Positions 41,410 to 62,124 of a DNA stretch of 64,000 nt are shown in pieces. Made by a program: the position numbers and the translations under genes. The stretch covers positions 45,074,001 to 45,138,000 of the forward strand of contig OX597814.1 of the NCBI GenBank assembly GCA_951406725.2. Reading direction: 5' to 3'. The stretch's first letter is position 1. Every line of letters starts with the position of its first letter. The notes under the pieces are model-generated. The model did not search any database, had not been told where the DNA came from, and was given only the letters and a program-made list of their open reading frames with translations. The DNA is from Octopus vulgaris (taxonomy: Eukaryota).

Positions 41410-42290
41410 GCAACAAGTAACCTTAGATGCCAAGAACTCTCCTAAGTATTCTAGCTGTCCCTAATAACGTTGTTTTTTGGAGCTGTACTAAACTGGGTTT
41501 TATGCCTGTTTCCTCTATCCATCTGTTCAAATCTTTGGGGATAGTTCCTAATGCGCCTATAACTACTGGGATGTATTTTTCCCGCACTTTCTATAGTCTC
41601 TGTAATTCAATAGATAGCTCGGGTACTTTGCTATTTTTTCTATACCTCCCATACTGATTTTTTTCCACCATTTGGGACTGTAAAGTCATTTATCTACCAC
41701 TTTCTATTCTCTTTGTGTATTACTACTAAATCAGGCGTTCTAGCTTCTATTACTCTGTCAGTCTGAATATAAGTCCCACAACATCTCATATTTCTTATTT
41801 TCTAGTACTTTACTAGGTTCATATACATACTATTTATCAGTATGTTCAAATCCTAGCTTTCTACATGTTTACTGATCATGCTTCTGGAACCTTGCGAAGA
41901 ATTTTTGCAGCTCCAAGCAATGTTGATTTTTGCTGGTGTTCTATCCTTACATTTGTACCAATCTTTTTCAGCCATGTTGGTAGTTGAGTGTTGATACTTC
42001 AAGTGCGTCAGTTACTATTGGTATCACGTCTACTCTCGTCATTGACCATAATCTTTGTATTTCTCACTTCAAATCATCGTCCTTGTTCCCTTTTTCTTCT
42101 TTCTCTTTCATTCTGTTGCTACCGGGTCATGTTATGTCGATTATCATGCAACTTCTTTCTTTTTATTCACCACAACAATGTCCGGTTTCCGATGTCTGGT
42201 CAGGTGATCGAACTGAATCAATGCATCACACGGGATTTTGCAATTTTCATTCTCAATGATTCCTTCTGGGGTTTTATCATACCACATTTT
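41410..42290 (-). mobile_element. Two degraded R4/Dong-like REL 3' fragments
   Basis: Minus-strand motifs include VIEARTPDLVV, PVVIGALGTIPK, QKTTLLGTARILRRVL, IGNRTLL(RPD), VIPIVTDAL and QKSTLLGAAKILRKV. Confidence 0.8.
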
Positions 42291-42339
42291 TGCTATTTGT
42301 ACTGTTGTTGTTGCTGTTATTGTTGTTGCTGTTGTTATG

Positions 42340-42706
42340 ACGGTGACCTGGCAGAATCGTTAGCACACCAGGCGAAATGCTTAGCGGTATTTCGTCTGCC
42401 GTTACGTTCTGAGTTCAAATTCCGCCGAGTCGATTAAATAAGTACCAGTTATGCACTTGGGTCGATATAATCGACTTAATCCGTTTGTCTGTTGTTGTTT
42501 GTCCTCTCTGTGTTTAGCCCCTTGTGGGTAGTAAAGAAATAGGTATTTCGTCCATTTCATGTTCTGAGTCCAAATTCTGCCGAGGTCGACTTTGACATTC
42601 ATTCTTTCGGGGTCAATAAATTAAATACCATTGAAACACTGTGGGTTATGTAATCAACTAGTCACCACCCAACAAATTTAAGGTCTTGTACCTTTAGTAG
42701 AAAGGA
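42340..42706 (+). mobile_element. SINE family A dimer
   Basis: Same architecture as the other dimers, followed by (ATT)n/(AGT)n. Confidence 0.9.
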
Positions 42707-42743
42707 TTATCATTATTATTATCATTATTATTATTATTATTAT

Positions 42744-42824
<81 letters not shown>

Positions 42825-43420
42825 CAGCGAATCCAGCTGCATCGAGTGTATAGTGAAGATTGACGCACCTCCTTCCTTTAGCAGAGAAAGGAGGCAGGTG
42901 TTTTTTTCTACTTAGTAGTTACGGCAAAATAGACTGCGTGGTAAACCCGTCTGAAAGGTCTGAAAGCAGGTACTTTCCTATCTGGTCAAGCGCTCATAAA
43001 TTTCTTCAAATATAATTTGAAGAGGAAGGTGGAGGTTGAGTACGAGGTGCTGTGTTCTAGTGTATTTATAAAAAAAGTGAACGAGATTTGAAAGACCAGT
43101 GAGGCTGAATGGATCTTCTCTACTCCGAGTATGCTTTTCTATGTAGAAGGAAAGAAACTGCCTTGTGGAGAGCAGAGTAATCCGGGACTTTTTGTGGGGA
43201 GTTATTCCGAATTACTTTAAGTGGACTACTCCGCTATTGAGGATTCTATTTATTAATTATTTACTTGTCTAATTTCTACTTATGTATCCCTTTTCTTACA
43301 TCCTTATTGCTGTAGTGTTCCCCTTTGATCGATGTAAATCCCATTGGCTTTGTGTGTTGTATCTCGTCCTTTGATATTGTCCTCCATGTCTTAGGCCCTT
43401 GTGGCCAATTAAGGAAATTA
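42825..43420 (+). mobile_element. 5'-truncated Tx1/L1-like LINE (ORF2 C-terminus plus 3' UTR)
   Basis: PPSFSRERRQVFF..W.TRLKGLKAGTFLSGQALINFFKYNLKRKVEVE. The 3' end GGCCCTTGTGGCCAATTAAGGAAAT resembles 13805-13830, then (ATT)n follows. Confidence 0.7.
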
Positions 43421-43425
43421 TTATG

Positions 43426-43502
<77 letters not shown>

Positions 43503-43510
43503 TGCTACTA

Positions 43511-43715
43511 AGGCGGCAAGCCGGCAGAATCGTTAGCGCGCCGGGTGAAATGTTTAGCGGTATTTCGTCCGTTCTGAGTTCAAATTCCGCCGAAGTCGAC
43601 TTTACCTTTCATCCTTTCGGGGTCGATTATATAAGCACCAGTTACGCACTGGGGTTGATGTAGTTGACTTAATCCCTTTCCCCAAATATGAGGTCTTGTG
43701 CTTCCACTAGAAATG
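43511..43715 (+). mobile_element. SINE family A monomer
   Basis: Head, core, tail 2 and (ATT)n. Confidence 0.9.
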
Positions 43716-43722
43716 ATTATTA

Positions 43723-43781
<59 letters not shown>

Positions 43782-44135
43782 GAGTGAGAGAGCAGTGCTT
43801 GCCATCAAAGTGACACTGGGGTAAAATATACGAAGCCTAGTATACCTATCATGACTACCTGTCTGATAAGGGCACACCAGACACATGCATCACAACCATA
43901 TGTGCACAACATGGTGATCTCATATCAAGATAAACAGCACATGACCTTGCAGGTGGGGCCCAGTTAGAATTTTTGTCTGGTCGAGTAGCCCATCCCGCTC
44001 AAAAGGTCTCTGAATAAGGATTGTTTAAGGATGTTGAACGAACCACCCATGTTTCTGCAGGTGAATTATCCAAACCTCCAAGAATTCCTTTCAACACACG
44101 GCTATGGTGCTCCCCCACTACTTCTGCTCATGATC
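43782..44135. mobile_element. Unclassified interspersed-repeat-like block inserted in (ATT)n
   Basis: Sharp-edged higher-GC block between ATT tracts with no ORF. It may be a non-LTR UTR. Confidence 0.4.
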
Positions 44136-44165
44136 ATTATCATTATTATTATTATTATTATCATT

Positions 44166-44262
44166 CAGTAGTTTTATTTTTATAGCGTGCTTTCACTTCA
44201 CTACCGAGCGCAGCTCTGTATTATTGCTGTGATTTGTTGTGATGCTCCGATGATTATTGTAT
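44166..44262 (-). mobile_element. Extreme 3' end of the 28121-29200 R4/Dong-like family
   Basis: Near-identical to 28121-28227 (CAGTAGTTTTATTTTTATAGCGTGCTTTCACTTCACTACCGAGC), again in (ATT)n. Confidence 0.9.
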
Positions 44263-44274
44263 ATTATTAGTGCC

Positions 44275-44358
<84 letters not shown>

Positions 44359-45182
44359 CATTATTATTATTATTATTATTATTTGCAAAAATTGTTATGA
44401 ATGAAACAGTTTTTGAGTCTCGTTCTTCAGTCTTTTGTTATATCTCGAAGTATATGTCAGCTAACTTAGTTCTCTGCTTTAGGTTTATTGCCTGTATAAT
44501 GGCCTGGTATAAATAGCATATTAGATCAGATGATATGGTTGAAATATTCAAGATAGTCATTATACTACATCTGTTCACTTTACTTTAAATTTGTATTAAT
44601 AAATCTATCAATAGATAGATCGATCTCTTATATCTATATATTCAATTCATTTATCTATTTATCTATTTATATTCATATTTTTATCAAAACATATGAATAT
44701 ACTTTCTACAGAATAAAGTAATATTCCTATTTAAATCTGAAATTTGCATTACAAATCCCGAAACTTTATATTATTTCAATCAAAATTTATTACAAGCTAT
44801 ATTGCTCAATTCGATAAGCAAAACATTGATTCTTGCAGCGATATAGATGTGTCAAAAGGGTTGTTTCCAGACAGTTTTGAATTAATGATTGATTGATAAG
44901 ACTTAGAGTTGATAAGATAAAATATTTTAATGAAAGGACATCGATTATAAAGTATGAATTGCAAGTTGAGTGGTAAAGCTGGTTGTAAAGTCCACTTAAA
45001 AAACTTATCTGCCAAAATAAGTGTGGTGATGGTTAAGTTAAAATAGCTATGAACACCAGGGAAAAATACCTTAGGTCAACCCTCTACGTTATTTAAGATT
45101 GAAATGGGGGATCATATTCCTAGTTATTTTTCATTTATTCATCTATTATTTAGTCAATGGAAGCGTATGTGTGAAATACCAG

Positions 45183-45357
45183 AGAGCCATCTACTCGCAA
45201 TACCAGAGGGCGCACACTCTCCTACCCTGATGTAATCTCCAGGGATACAGGCATCCAGCAACAGGACCTCCGTAATGCCATGATGAACCGTGAAGTCTGG
45301 CGTAGCATGGTAAATTCCATTGTCTCGACCACGGTCGAACAATGATGATGATGATGT
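45183..45357 (+). mobile_element. RTE-clade LINE 3' end
   Basis: PSTRNTRGRTLSYPDVISRDTG..DLRNAMMNREVWRSMV, followed by a (GAT)n tail. Confidence 0.85.
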
Positions 45358-47009
45358 GTGAAACCGAAAAACCAGGACAGATTTTAAAAAGGTATCTAAT
45401 GCCCCTTTACATTTAAGAACAGGAAAAAGAAAGGCAAAAAGAAAATACAAAGAGCAACTAAATGTTTATGTTGTTAAATTTGTTTATAATCTCTATGAAT
45501 TGGAAGATCTTATTTATGATTAGTAGATCCTTGAGAATAATTTTAACCTCCAGCCTTGGTAACCATTTGAAAACAGTTTTCGAAATATCCTCCTCCACAC
45601 TCTCTTCCTCTTTCTCTCTATCTCTCCTTCCCTCTCTCTCTCTTTCTCTCTTTCACACACACAGATTAATAGATTTTGCTTTGCAACAAACAATGCCATA
45701 TTATTTCTGCATATTCTTCAAAAGACCATAGAGATGATTCCATTCGTGACAAGGAATATGGCCCGTTCGTAGTCAACAGTACCTTTGTTTATTAACATTG
45801 TTCAATATCTGTTTGGTTTTATACGTGAAATCTTTTTGAAATAATGGAGGGTTAATGTTTGATAGTTTACAGCTTTATCCTTCCCAATATTTTTCCACCC
45901 TTGACAACGTTTTATACTAACTTTTGATGTATTTCGTATACAATATTTTTAGCTGTTTTTGTACTGTTATTTTTGCTTATTCATCTACTTTTTATATTTT
46001 CATTTACATCAGTAAGGCCTGCTATTCAAATTTTTGTTATTTGTTATTTTCAAGTATATAATTATCAATCTTAAACAGGATGCTCTCAATTTTTAAGCTC
46101 GACCTCGTTTTTTTTTTTTTTTGAAATAATTCTAGATTCGATAAACACTCAATAAAAAGGAAGCCAGTTTCCCAGGATAATTCTTTAGCAGAATCTAAAG
46201 ATATTATCACTCTGCCTCATATATTGTAAAATCGAGATGTAGTCTTAACTTCGTATCTTTAATATCGTTTTTTTAAAATTCCAAGGTGCACCATACCCTA
46301 CACCACTGTCTGAATGTATCCCGTTTGTATACCTGCCTCAGTTGTTAAAATAATCTGATGGAACAATATTGTTATGACACTCTTTTGGTTCATCTTTTGA
46401 TACTTTTATTATCATTTAAACATTTTTTTAAACTTTTCAATCCCATGAGATGTTATAATGCTTTCTTTTGTGTTTATACTGCTGAGTTAGCAGGTTGCGC
46501 TTCGTAGATACTTCTGTTAACGAGAAGAGTTAATCTTGATTCATGAAAAATATCTATTTTACGACAAAAGATGAAGCAACCCAATATATTTCTTCCTATT
46601 TGGTGAAGTTTTTCAATAGCTTTAAGATAAACCGTATATAGCTTCAGAATTTATAACTCCCAATCTTCACTATTTTTATGTTAATCAGTGGTAACATTCT
46701 TATATAACTTTAATACCGTACCATGTTCAGGGTATTCTTTTAATTATGTTTTTTAAGGTATATTTCCCATTTCTAATTTAACTGAAGTTAGATAACGAGA
46801 ATATTATAGTGATTTATTTTCGTTTCGTTGCGTTAATACTTGATGTATTATATATATATTTCATCATTGATAATTAATAAGCTATGGATTATAGAAGTGA
46901 ACTTAGTTTGGTTGGATTAAATTGTCGATCATATTTGTTTGCCTACTTTATCACAGTTATTAGATCTGTGTATGGCTTCTTTTTATTATTATTAGCATTT
47001 TCTAACGTT

Positions 47010-47414
47010 CTCACTGGGGAACTTTGGTTAATCTTTTCTTTACGTTCTGTGTTCAAATTCCGCCGACTTTGTCTTTTATCCTTTCGGGGTCGAATAAATG
47101 AGCACCCTTTGAAGACTGGGGCTGATGTAATCGACTTATTCCCTCCCTCGAACTTGTTGTCCTTGTCCCAATACCTGAAACCAATATTTTCTAACTTTAA
47201 GGGTGGTGAGTTGGCAGAATCTTTAGCACATCGGGCAAAATGCTTAACGGCATTTCGTCCGACAGTACGTTCTGAGGCCAAATTCCGCCGAGGTCGACTT
47301 TGCCTTTCATCCTTTTCGGGATCTATAAAATAAGTACCAGTAGATTACCAGTAGAGCACTAGAACTGATGTAATCGACTTACCCCCTGCCTCGCAATTGT
47401 TGGCCTTGTGTCAA
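47010..47414 (+). mobile_element. Two adjacent SINE family A monomers
   Basis: Cores lie at about 47065 and 47295. The second is flanked by an imperfect TSD AATAT(T/C)TTCTAAC(G)TTTAAG at 47183-47201 and 47415-47434. Confidence 0.85.
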
Positions 47415-47661
47415 AATATCTTCTAACGTTTAAGAAAAGTTTCAAACAATTTCTTGTCATTAGTAAATATTAGATGAGGTAGATAAATACATATCACGAC
47501 CAAAACTTGATACTTACACAATTGCATTTAAACAATTAAATCGGTTGTGTAGAATAACAATAAAATGGGTGAAGCTGGAGAACAGTTCGAAATGCCCAGG
47601 ACAAGATATACTATTTGGCATTTATAATTAAAAATTAGCGTTGTGTACCGGTGCGAAACTA

Positions 47662-48942
47662 CGAGGGGCGTTCATAGAAGATTTCTCCTGATCTACTTCC
47701 CAAGGACTGATATAAATAAAACTTGGCATAATTATTAGTTCTCTACATACCCGCTTGCAATGGTGACACACTTCTCTCATGACTTTATCCAGCTGTGAAG
47801 ACCTCATCTGTAGAAGTCGGTAGATTGCATCTGGACCCAAGACTTTGCCTTGGAAATAAGTTCATCCTCATCTGAAAAGTGCTTCTTTTTCAAAAAAGAC
47901 TTCATGGTTGGAAAGTGATGGAAGTCAGATGGTGCGAGGTCAGGAGAGTAAGGGGAGATGAGGAAGGATTTCATAACCGCAGGAATGTGCTTTCATCTGG
48001 GCAATATGCACATTGTCAACTGGGGCGTTGTCTGGAAGCAGGCGGACTCCTTTGGTCAGCATGTCACGCATTTCTGCGTTGATGGCGTTCCGCAATTTCT
48101 TCAGAAGAGAAGCACAATGCCCGTTAATTGTGGTACCCTTTGCTAGAAAATCCATCATCACTACTCTGCACCAATCCCAAAAGATTGAGCATCATCTTGC
48201 TTACTGAGGTCTGGACACGAGCCTTCTTTGGAGATGGTGAGTTATCATTCTTCGATTGCTTCGACTGGACTTCAGTCTCAGGATCATAAGGATGGATCCA
48301 TGTTTTATTCTGTGTGATAAGTCTGCCGAAAAAGCCTTCCTCGTTTTCTTGGCACATTGCCAAAAGTGCCAGGGAGCAATTGACTCGCTCCTGCTTTTGA
48401 AAAGATGTGAGTATCCGGGGAATCCATCGTGCAAACAACTTCTGCATGTGCAAATGGTTGTCATTTTTTCCATGGACCCTACACTTATCTTCACTTCTTG
48501 TGCTAGTTGCCAAATAGTTATGCGGCGATCCTCCAAAATGGCGGCTTATTTAATGGATGGTATCTTCGTCAATGAGGGAATGTAGTTGTCTAGGAATAAG
48601 AGCAGTTTCCACCAATGCCGACCACATTTGAACTGGCGATGCCAGTGCTTGACTACGTCGTATGGTGGTGTATCCTCGCCATAAACTTCTTTCATCTCAT
48701 CGAGAGTCTCTTTTGGTGTACGACCTTACAAGTATACGAACCTAATCACTGATCTGCATTCAACTGCCTCCATTATAACACCTTAGTCCACTTCAGCAGC
48801 CGCAAAAGACAAGCGAATACTAGTGTGGAACGCTGCAATTTACAATGTGGCATGAAGAAATATATATGATTATACATGTACAAATTCTGTTTCCTGCAAT
48901 AAAAGGAAGTGGATCAGGGGAATCTTTAATGAACACTCCTCG
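47662..48942 (-). mobile_element. Full-length mariner (DD34D, irritans/Himar-like), transposase disrupted
   Basis: TIRs CGAGGGGCGTTCAT..TCCTGATCTACTTCC and GGAAGTGGATCAGGG..ATGAACACTCCTCG with a TA TSD. Motifs RWIPRILT, TWIHPYDPE, PKKA and DNAP are present. Confidence 0.93.
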
Positions 48943-48959
48943 TAGCTGCAAAGTTATTT

Positions 48960-49126
48960 GGGCCGTACGATAAGAAGCTTGCTTGCCGACCACATGGTTC
49001 CGGGTTCAGTCCCACTGCATAGATCCTTGGAGAAGTGTCTACTACTATCACCTCAGGCCGACCCAAGCCCTGTGAGGGGATCTGGTAGACGGTAGACAGA
49101 AATTGAAAGCCCGTCGTATATATATG

Positions 49127-49157
<31 letters not shown>

Positions 49158-49400
49158 GCGTGTATGTATGCGTGTATGTATGCGTGTATATGTGTGTGTG
49201 TTTGTCCCACCACCGATAGACAAATGGGTCGGTATGTTTACGTCCTTGTAACTTAACGGTTCAACAAAAGAGACCGATAGAATAAGTACAAGGATTTTAA
49301 AAAATAAGTTCTGGGGGTCGATTTGTTCGTCTAAAGCCTTCCATGCGGTGCCCCAGCATGGCCACAGCCAAATGACTGAAACAAGTAAAAGATAAAAGAT
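48960..49400 (+). mobile_element. SINE family B, older copy
   Basis: Head GGGTTCAGTCCCACTG, CORE region and tail ..ATGACTGAAACAAGTAAAAGATAAAAGA. Confidence 0.88.
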
Positions 49401-49415
49401 AGCGTTATTTTTTAA

Positions 49416-49949
49416 CTAGCAGGGCCCGCGTATATTTTACGGTATTAATGGTAAACTTATTGGGTTGTTTCTGAAAACTTTATCCAAAAAATCTGAAAGC
49501 GTAGCCTGTGTTGTGTCTGTATCAAAAGTTAGTCTCTCAAGTGCTAATCATTGAAAAGTGAAGGAAATTAGAATACGATGATTACTTAATACACTTTATA
49601 TATACACTTTATATACTTTATGCACAATTTTAATACATAGTCCTCTCCCTCTTTCTTTCTCACTCTTCGCCTCTCTTCATTTTCTTTCGCTCTTCGCTGT
49701 TTTCCCTTCAACTAATTACGTATAAGCGTTACAGACAGGCTAAGTAACGGAGGAAAAAAATTTAGTTCAAAAGAAATTATGCATTTCACTCACCATCACC
49801 TCTACCTCTACCTCCTCTCATTATCCCCATTCCCATCCCATCCCTCTCTCATCCCTCCCATCCCATCCCTCCCGTCCCTAACCTCCTAATCACGTGAGAA
49901 CGTTACAGACGGGCTGAGTAACGGAGGAACAAGCAGAATTACTATAAGA
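49416..49949 (-). mobile_element. Non-autonomous Helitron-like element
   Basis: The minus strand begins A|TCTTATAGTAATT and ends ..GGGCCCTGCTAG|T. An internal duplicated block CGTTACAGAC.GGCT.AGTAACGGAGG is present. Confidence 0.6.
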
Positions 49950-50314
49950 TTAGGATATCATGAACTTCGGTATTGTAGGCTCCCTTAATAACTATGGAGA
50001 TCTATTATTTTCATTTGTTTTAAATTTCTAATGATTTCATGTATACAATTTTCAGTGTCTTTATTCATCAAAATCAGTAGAGTTATTCGGGAAGATATAT
50101 ATTTTTTTCTTTTTTAGCACCTAAGAAGTATAGTCTATGACCCATGATTTTTTCCAATATTTTACATATATTACTTCGTATATTTATGTATTTGAGTTCT
50201 TTGGATGGATTAAATATTATTTAAAAACAAATATTTTGTAAAGTAACTAAGTAATGTGTTGTTGCAGTTGTTGTTGTTGTAGTTGTCGTCGTCGTTGTTG
50301 TTGCTGTTGACCAC

Positions 50315-50798
50315 TTCTTCTTCTTCTTCCAATCAGAACTCACGTCATTAGCCACAAAGAATAATCTCTAATTCGAGCCTACTCTAAGCTACTAAAAATG
50401 CGTGTAACAACTTGAAGATCCACCCTCCACACGCGATAGACTGGAGGTTGCACGGGCGCGAAAGCTACGTCGTTATCCTCATTCCGTAAACGGTGGCTTT
50501 CAACGGGTGGAGAGCTGAACCATCCTGGGGTACAGAGAATTCGCAATCTAGACTAGGGTCTGAAAGCTTACCCCCACCATAGTGGGTTACACCATGGTTC
50601 CCCTGCTTTTTGGCAGAAGTAGGAAGAAAGAGTGAGAGAAAGTGTGTGACGAAAGAGTACAGCGGGATTCACTCCGCCTCCGTGGTGCTTAGGTGTTTTT
50701 CCTCAATAAACACTCACAATGCCCAGTCTGTGAATCGAAACCGCGTTCTTACGACTGCGAGTCCGCTGCCCTAACCACTAGGCCATTGCGCTTCCACT
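50315..50798 (-). mobile_element. tRNA-derived SINE (third family) with a structured body and (GAA)n tail
   Basis: Reverse complement head GTGGAAGCGCAATGGCCTAGTGGTTAGGGCAGCGGACTCGCAGTC...GGTTTCGATTC contains A and B boxes. The downstream extent is inferred. Confidence 0.7.
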
Positions 50799-50809
50799 GT
50801 TGCTGTTGT

Positions 50810-51225
50810 TGTTTATTCCCAGAGTAGACTTATGACCAAAAGCTTTGTGTCGTGACCATTTCGTTAATTTCTATATTGGGGAACTGCTTTGTTTAATGTG
50901 TCCTTCATGTTTCCTTTTAAAGGCGGTAGGACAGGGTCTGAAAGAGATCTGGCTGCTATTTCCAGAATGTCAAGTGATCACGTAGGAACTTCTTTCTAGG
51001 TTTGGATATTAGCAAGTTGTTGTTGTTATTATTGATTAACCCCAAGTGAATCTTAATCGAGCAGACATATGATTAAAAGCATTCCAGCCATGACTATCAC
51101 TTCTTTTAGGGCTATCAAGGTAGACATTATATGATTTATATTTCCTTTTTATAAGAGAATGTGATTTGAAGAAAATTTGGTTGTTATTTCTATTAGTTCA
51201 AGCGACTGCGTAGAGGTCCCCACGC
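50810..51225 (-). mobile_element. Two old family C repeats with (AAC)n tails
   Basis: Similar to each other and to 14893-15085. Confidence 0.6.
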
Positions 51226-51327
51226 AAATAGCATGAGATGTGGAACACTCTGATCAAACAAGACTAATAATAGATTGTTCCCCTTTCCATAGGTTAATAT
51301 ATACATGTTTAAATATGTACGTACATT

Positions 51328-51456
51328 CCGCCGAGGTCGACTTTGCCTTTCATCCTTTCGGGGTCGATAAATTAAGTACCAGTGGCGTTCGGGGGTCGAT
51401 CTAATCGACTGGCCTCCTCCCCAAAGATTTCGGGCCTTGTGCCTAGTGTAGAAAAG
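51328..51456 (+). mobile_element. 5'-truncated SINE family A with a 16-bp TSD
   Basis: TSD AATATGTACGTACATT at 51312-51327 and 51457-51472. Confidence 0.92.
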
Positions 51457-51497
51457 AATATGTACGTACATTTTAGTGTTTGTATGTTTCCAGTTAT

Positions 51498-51820
51498 GTG
51501 TGGGCGTATGGTTCAGTGGTTAGAGCGTCGGGCGCACAATCGTGAGGTAATGAGTTCGATTCTCAGACCGGGTTGTTTGTTGTGTTCTTGAACAAGAGAT
51601 TTTATTTCATTCAGCTGTAGAAATGAGTTGCGGTGTGACTGCAGCCCAGCTGTATCGGCCTTTGCCTTTTCCTTGAATAATATCGGTGGCGTGTAGACAG
51701 AAAGCTGGTATGCATGGGCGACTGTTGGCCTTCTATAAACAACCTTGTCCAGACTTGTTCCTCGGAGGGTAACTTTCTAGGTGCAATCCCATGGTCATTC
51801 ATGACCGAAGGGGGTACTTT
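51498..51820 (+). mobile_element. tRNA-derived CORE-like SINE (fourth family)
   Basis: TGGTTCAGTGGTTAGAGC (A box), GAGTTCGATTCTC (B box) and GTGTTCTTGAACAAG (CORE-like). Confidence 0.8.
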
Positions 51821-52439
51821 TTTATGTTTCCAGAAAGGGCACATTTCATTTTGTGCTTTAAAACAATGGTGGTTCAGTCAAACAAACTTACCCGAAAATA
51901 ACACAAATGTTTATGTCACTCAGTAGTATATATGGGCGGTTGTGCAGTGCAGAGATTTAGTATAGTTAAGAGGTTTCAATTGGATGTTAGTGTATGGTTC
52001 AAGGGCAAAATTCATTGCAGCAGTCTTGCATTTGTGTTTGCACGGATATTTCTTTCTTTTGCGCGGTTTGTTAATTTTCACGTCTTCAGTTGATATTAGA
52101 AGGGTAGGGTGTTGGTAGCAAAATGGATAGCCATAAATTACAGCTATTTGTTTTTAACATTTAGCTGTATTAAACGCTCTATCGTGTTTGACCGCCATTT
52201 TCATCGCTAAAACAGTAATAATGCGCTAAAAATATGTGTAGGTAGATGACGTCACATCCACATGATATATGTACATGTAGTGGGGGGCTATCTTTTTTAC
52301 AGGAAGAGGATAAAGACTTAGAGAAGGAAATTCTACACAATTTTGTTTTCTGTTTCTTCTATGTGTGTTTATTTCAAAGGGTATGTGTGTTTATGCAAAA
52401 TGTCAGTATCTTCAAATTTTTATGCAGAGATATCTTCAA

Positions 52440-57740
<5,301 letters not shown>

Positions 57741-58253
57741 CAACTTTTCTTTTAATATCAAAACACCTATTCCTTTTTATTTACTATTCTGCTCATATTT
57801 CGTTTTCTTTTACTCCACATCATCTATGCTATGCTATGCTATTCTTCAACAACACCATCATTATCATCAAGAAGATCATCATCATTATCCCACCTCGAAG
57901 CTTCTTCGCATCTCATAGAAAACTACTCAGAAATCAGTCAGAAAGCAGTTTCGGCACAACACATCCTCAGTTATTTCCCTTGCGTCCTACAACTGGCTCG
58001 CAAAAGCTTAGTAGCAATGTGTTAATAAATACATATTAATTTGTTTTCCGTGTCTTTTCCAATTCCTTCTATATCAATTTCAACCAAGCTAAAGGTTTGT
58101 TTGTTTTTTTTGAATTTTGTTTTGTTTTTGTTTGTTTTTATCTCATTACGACTTTCATTTTCTTAACAGTTATTGAATATATTTATTAGAAGTCTATGTT
58201 AATACATGATGACAAACAAGCGTATATTATGTATGTATATACCTATATCTATC

Positions 58254-59834
<1,581 letters not shown>

Positions 59835-59875
59835 TATATATATATGTATGCATGTATGTAATACACGTATGTATG

Positions 59876-60005
<130 letters not shown>

Positions 60006-60084
60006 CAGATAGATATTTTGCATGTACCACATCCTGCAGGGTCTTTTATATTCTTGTATGTATGAATGTATGTATGTGTATATA

Positions 60085-60565
60085 AGGGCATGCCTGATTT
60101 CGATTACTGCGACCGCCTTAAAATATTAAAATTCCACTCTCTCCAGCGCCGCCGCGAGCGGTACATCATTTGCACGATGTGGAGAATGTACCGCCAGCAT
60201 TTCTCAAATGACCTCAACATTAGCTTCAAGATTCATCTGAGGCTAGGTCCATGTGCCATACGTGCCTTGCCCAATTCAGGATCACAATGCCTAAATACAC
60301 TGCAACACAATTTCTTTTCTTCAACAGGCCCTGCCCTATTGAACTTGTCGCAAAACAGATCAAAGGGGAAAAAGACCTTATCACCTTTAAACGGAATCTG
60401 GACAAATTTCTTCAAGGAATACCAGATACGCCACCTATACCTGGATACAACTCACTCAACTCCCTACTCGAGTGGACCATGATACCACAAAACTTGACTT
60501 GAAAAGGATTTAGATTATCCTATCAGGTGGTGCTATTAAGGTAGACAATCCTAGATCGAAACATA
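60085..60565 (+). mobile_element. CR1-like LINE 3' end
   Basis: GMPDFDYCDRLKILKFHSLQRRRERYII and FKRNLDKFLQGIPDTPPIPGY. The tail resembles 35635-35675. Confidence 0.88.
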
Positions 60566-60719
60566 TTTATTTATACTTATGTATACCTGAATGCGTTCGA
60601 GTATATTATGGGCATGTGTATGGTGACAAAGTGCGTGAATTTTATTTTTGTCTACATATATTACAAGAAACAAGTTGCTGGGTTGAGAATACTATGTCTG
60701 GTATCCTCTGTATCTGTCC

Positions 60720-60799
<80 letters not shown>

Positions 60800-60906
60800 C
60801 TCTACCTATTTATCTATCTATTTCACTCTCTCATTCCCAATGATCCTTGTTCTGCAATTACTAGAGATAAACATCATGAGAATATTATATATAAATGTGA
60901 GTGTGT

Positions 60907-60965
<59 letters not shown>

Positions 60966-62124
60966 TGCATTTTTCCTAATTTTCAACCAATGGAGAAAAA
61001 GTTGGATTCTAATCTAGAGAAAAACTCGTTGAAATTTAGGCAGCATAAACAAGATAGTCTTGTCGTATGTATTTACGTATGTAGGTATGCACGCGCGTAT
61101 GCATGCGCGCATGTACGCATGTACACACATGTATGCACAAGAGTTCAAGCATGAGTGTCATTGCACATGTGGATCTTACAACATGCTAAACGTCTAGAAT
61201 ATTTTTCATATTTTCACAATGCCTTAGATAACTTTTTATCTGTAATCTTTTAATTAAGCTTGTTCTTTCTGGTTTTGTGGAACCCACGTTCTCAAGATTT
61301 GCACTGGGGCAATTAGTCACGTAACCAAATGTTCCAATAATTATAGGTTGAAATATAAAACTATAGTGTGGATGAAGTAATTTTAGATTTCTTATCAGCA
61401 TCGAATGTATTTTCTTTAGGCTTATCTAAATTTTTACCGTTTCAGAAATCAAGCAGGTCATTAACAAAGAGACAAAGTTCCTTTGTTCGGGTCAAGACTG
61501 CTCTTGGGGTTTAAGGATAGTTGAATTGGTTGCCGTATGCAAATATATATGTGTGTATGTATGTGTGTGCCTGTAAGCATATACATGTGCGTGGATAAAT
61601 TTGCATTCGTGTAGTGAGTCTGCCTGTCATTCATTAATATCGATGCATGTGTTAGCATCCGTGTTTGTGTATCTACCTGTGTTCGTGTGTATGTCTGTAT
61701 TTTTGTATGTATTCTATAAGCATATATATGCGTATGAAACAGACATATATGTATGTTAGTGTATGAGGGAAATAAAACGCTGAAATATTGACACGTATGT
61801 GTGTGTGTGCATGTGTGTGTTGGTGTGTATGTGTTTCTGTGTTTTGTATGTATGCGTGTTGTGTGACTAACTAAACGATGTTTCCAAATTCTCATAACTC
61901 ATTGTATTCTGAGTCATTCATATTCTCCAACTTTTCTTCGGTTTACTATTTGTCATTAGCTGTCTATGTTGTACAGAATTATTCTCCTTACGTAGGCGCA
62001 GTAGACTTTATGTATATAAATATATGAATAATATAAAATATTTGAAACATTGTAAGCACTTACATACCAACCTACTTGCACATACATGTACGTACTGCAC
62101 GCATACACACACACATATATATGT

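Noticed and set aside
46100-46800. Possible very old Penelope-like remnant
   Set aside because: The motifs are too decayed to support a call.
50720-50798. tRNA gene (also 51498-51572)
   Set aside because: The acceptor stem is imperfect and the sequence continues into a SINE body, so it is treated as a SINE head.
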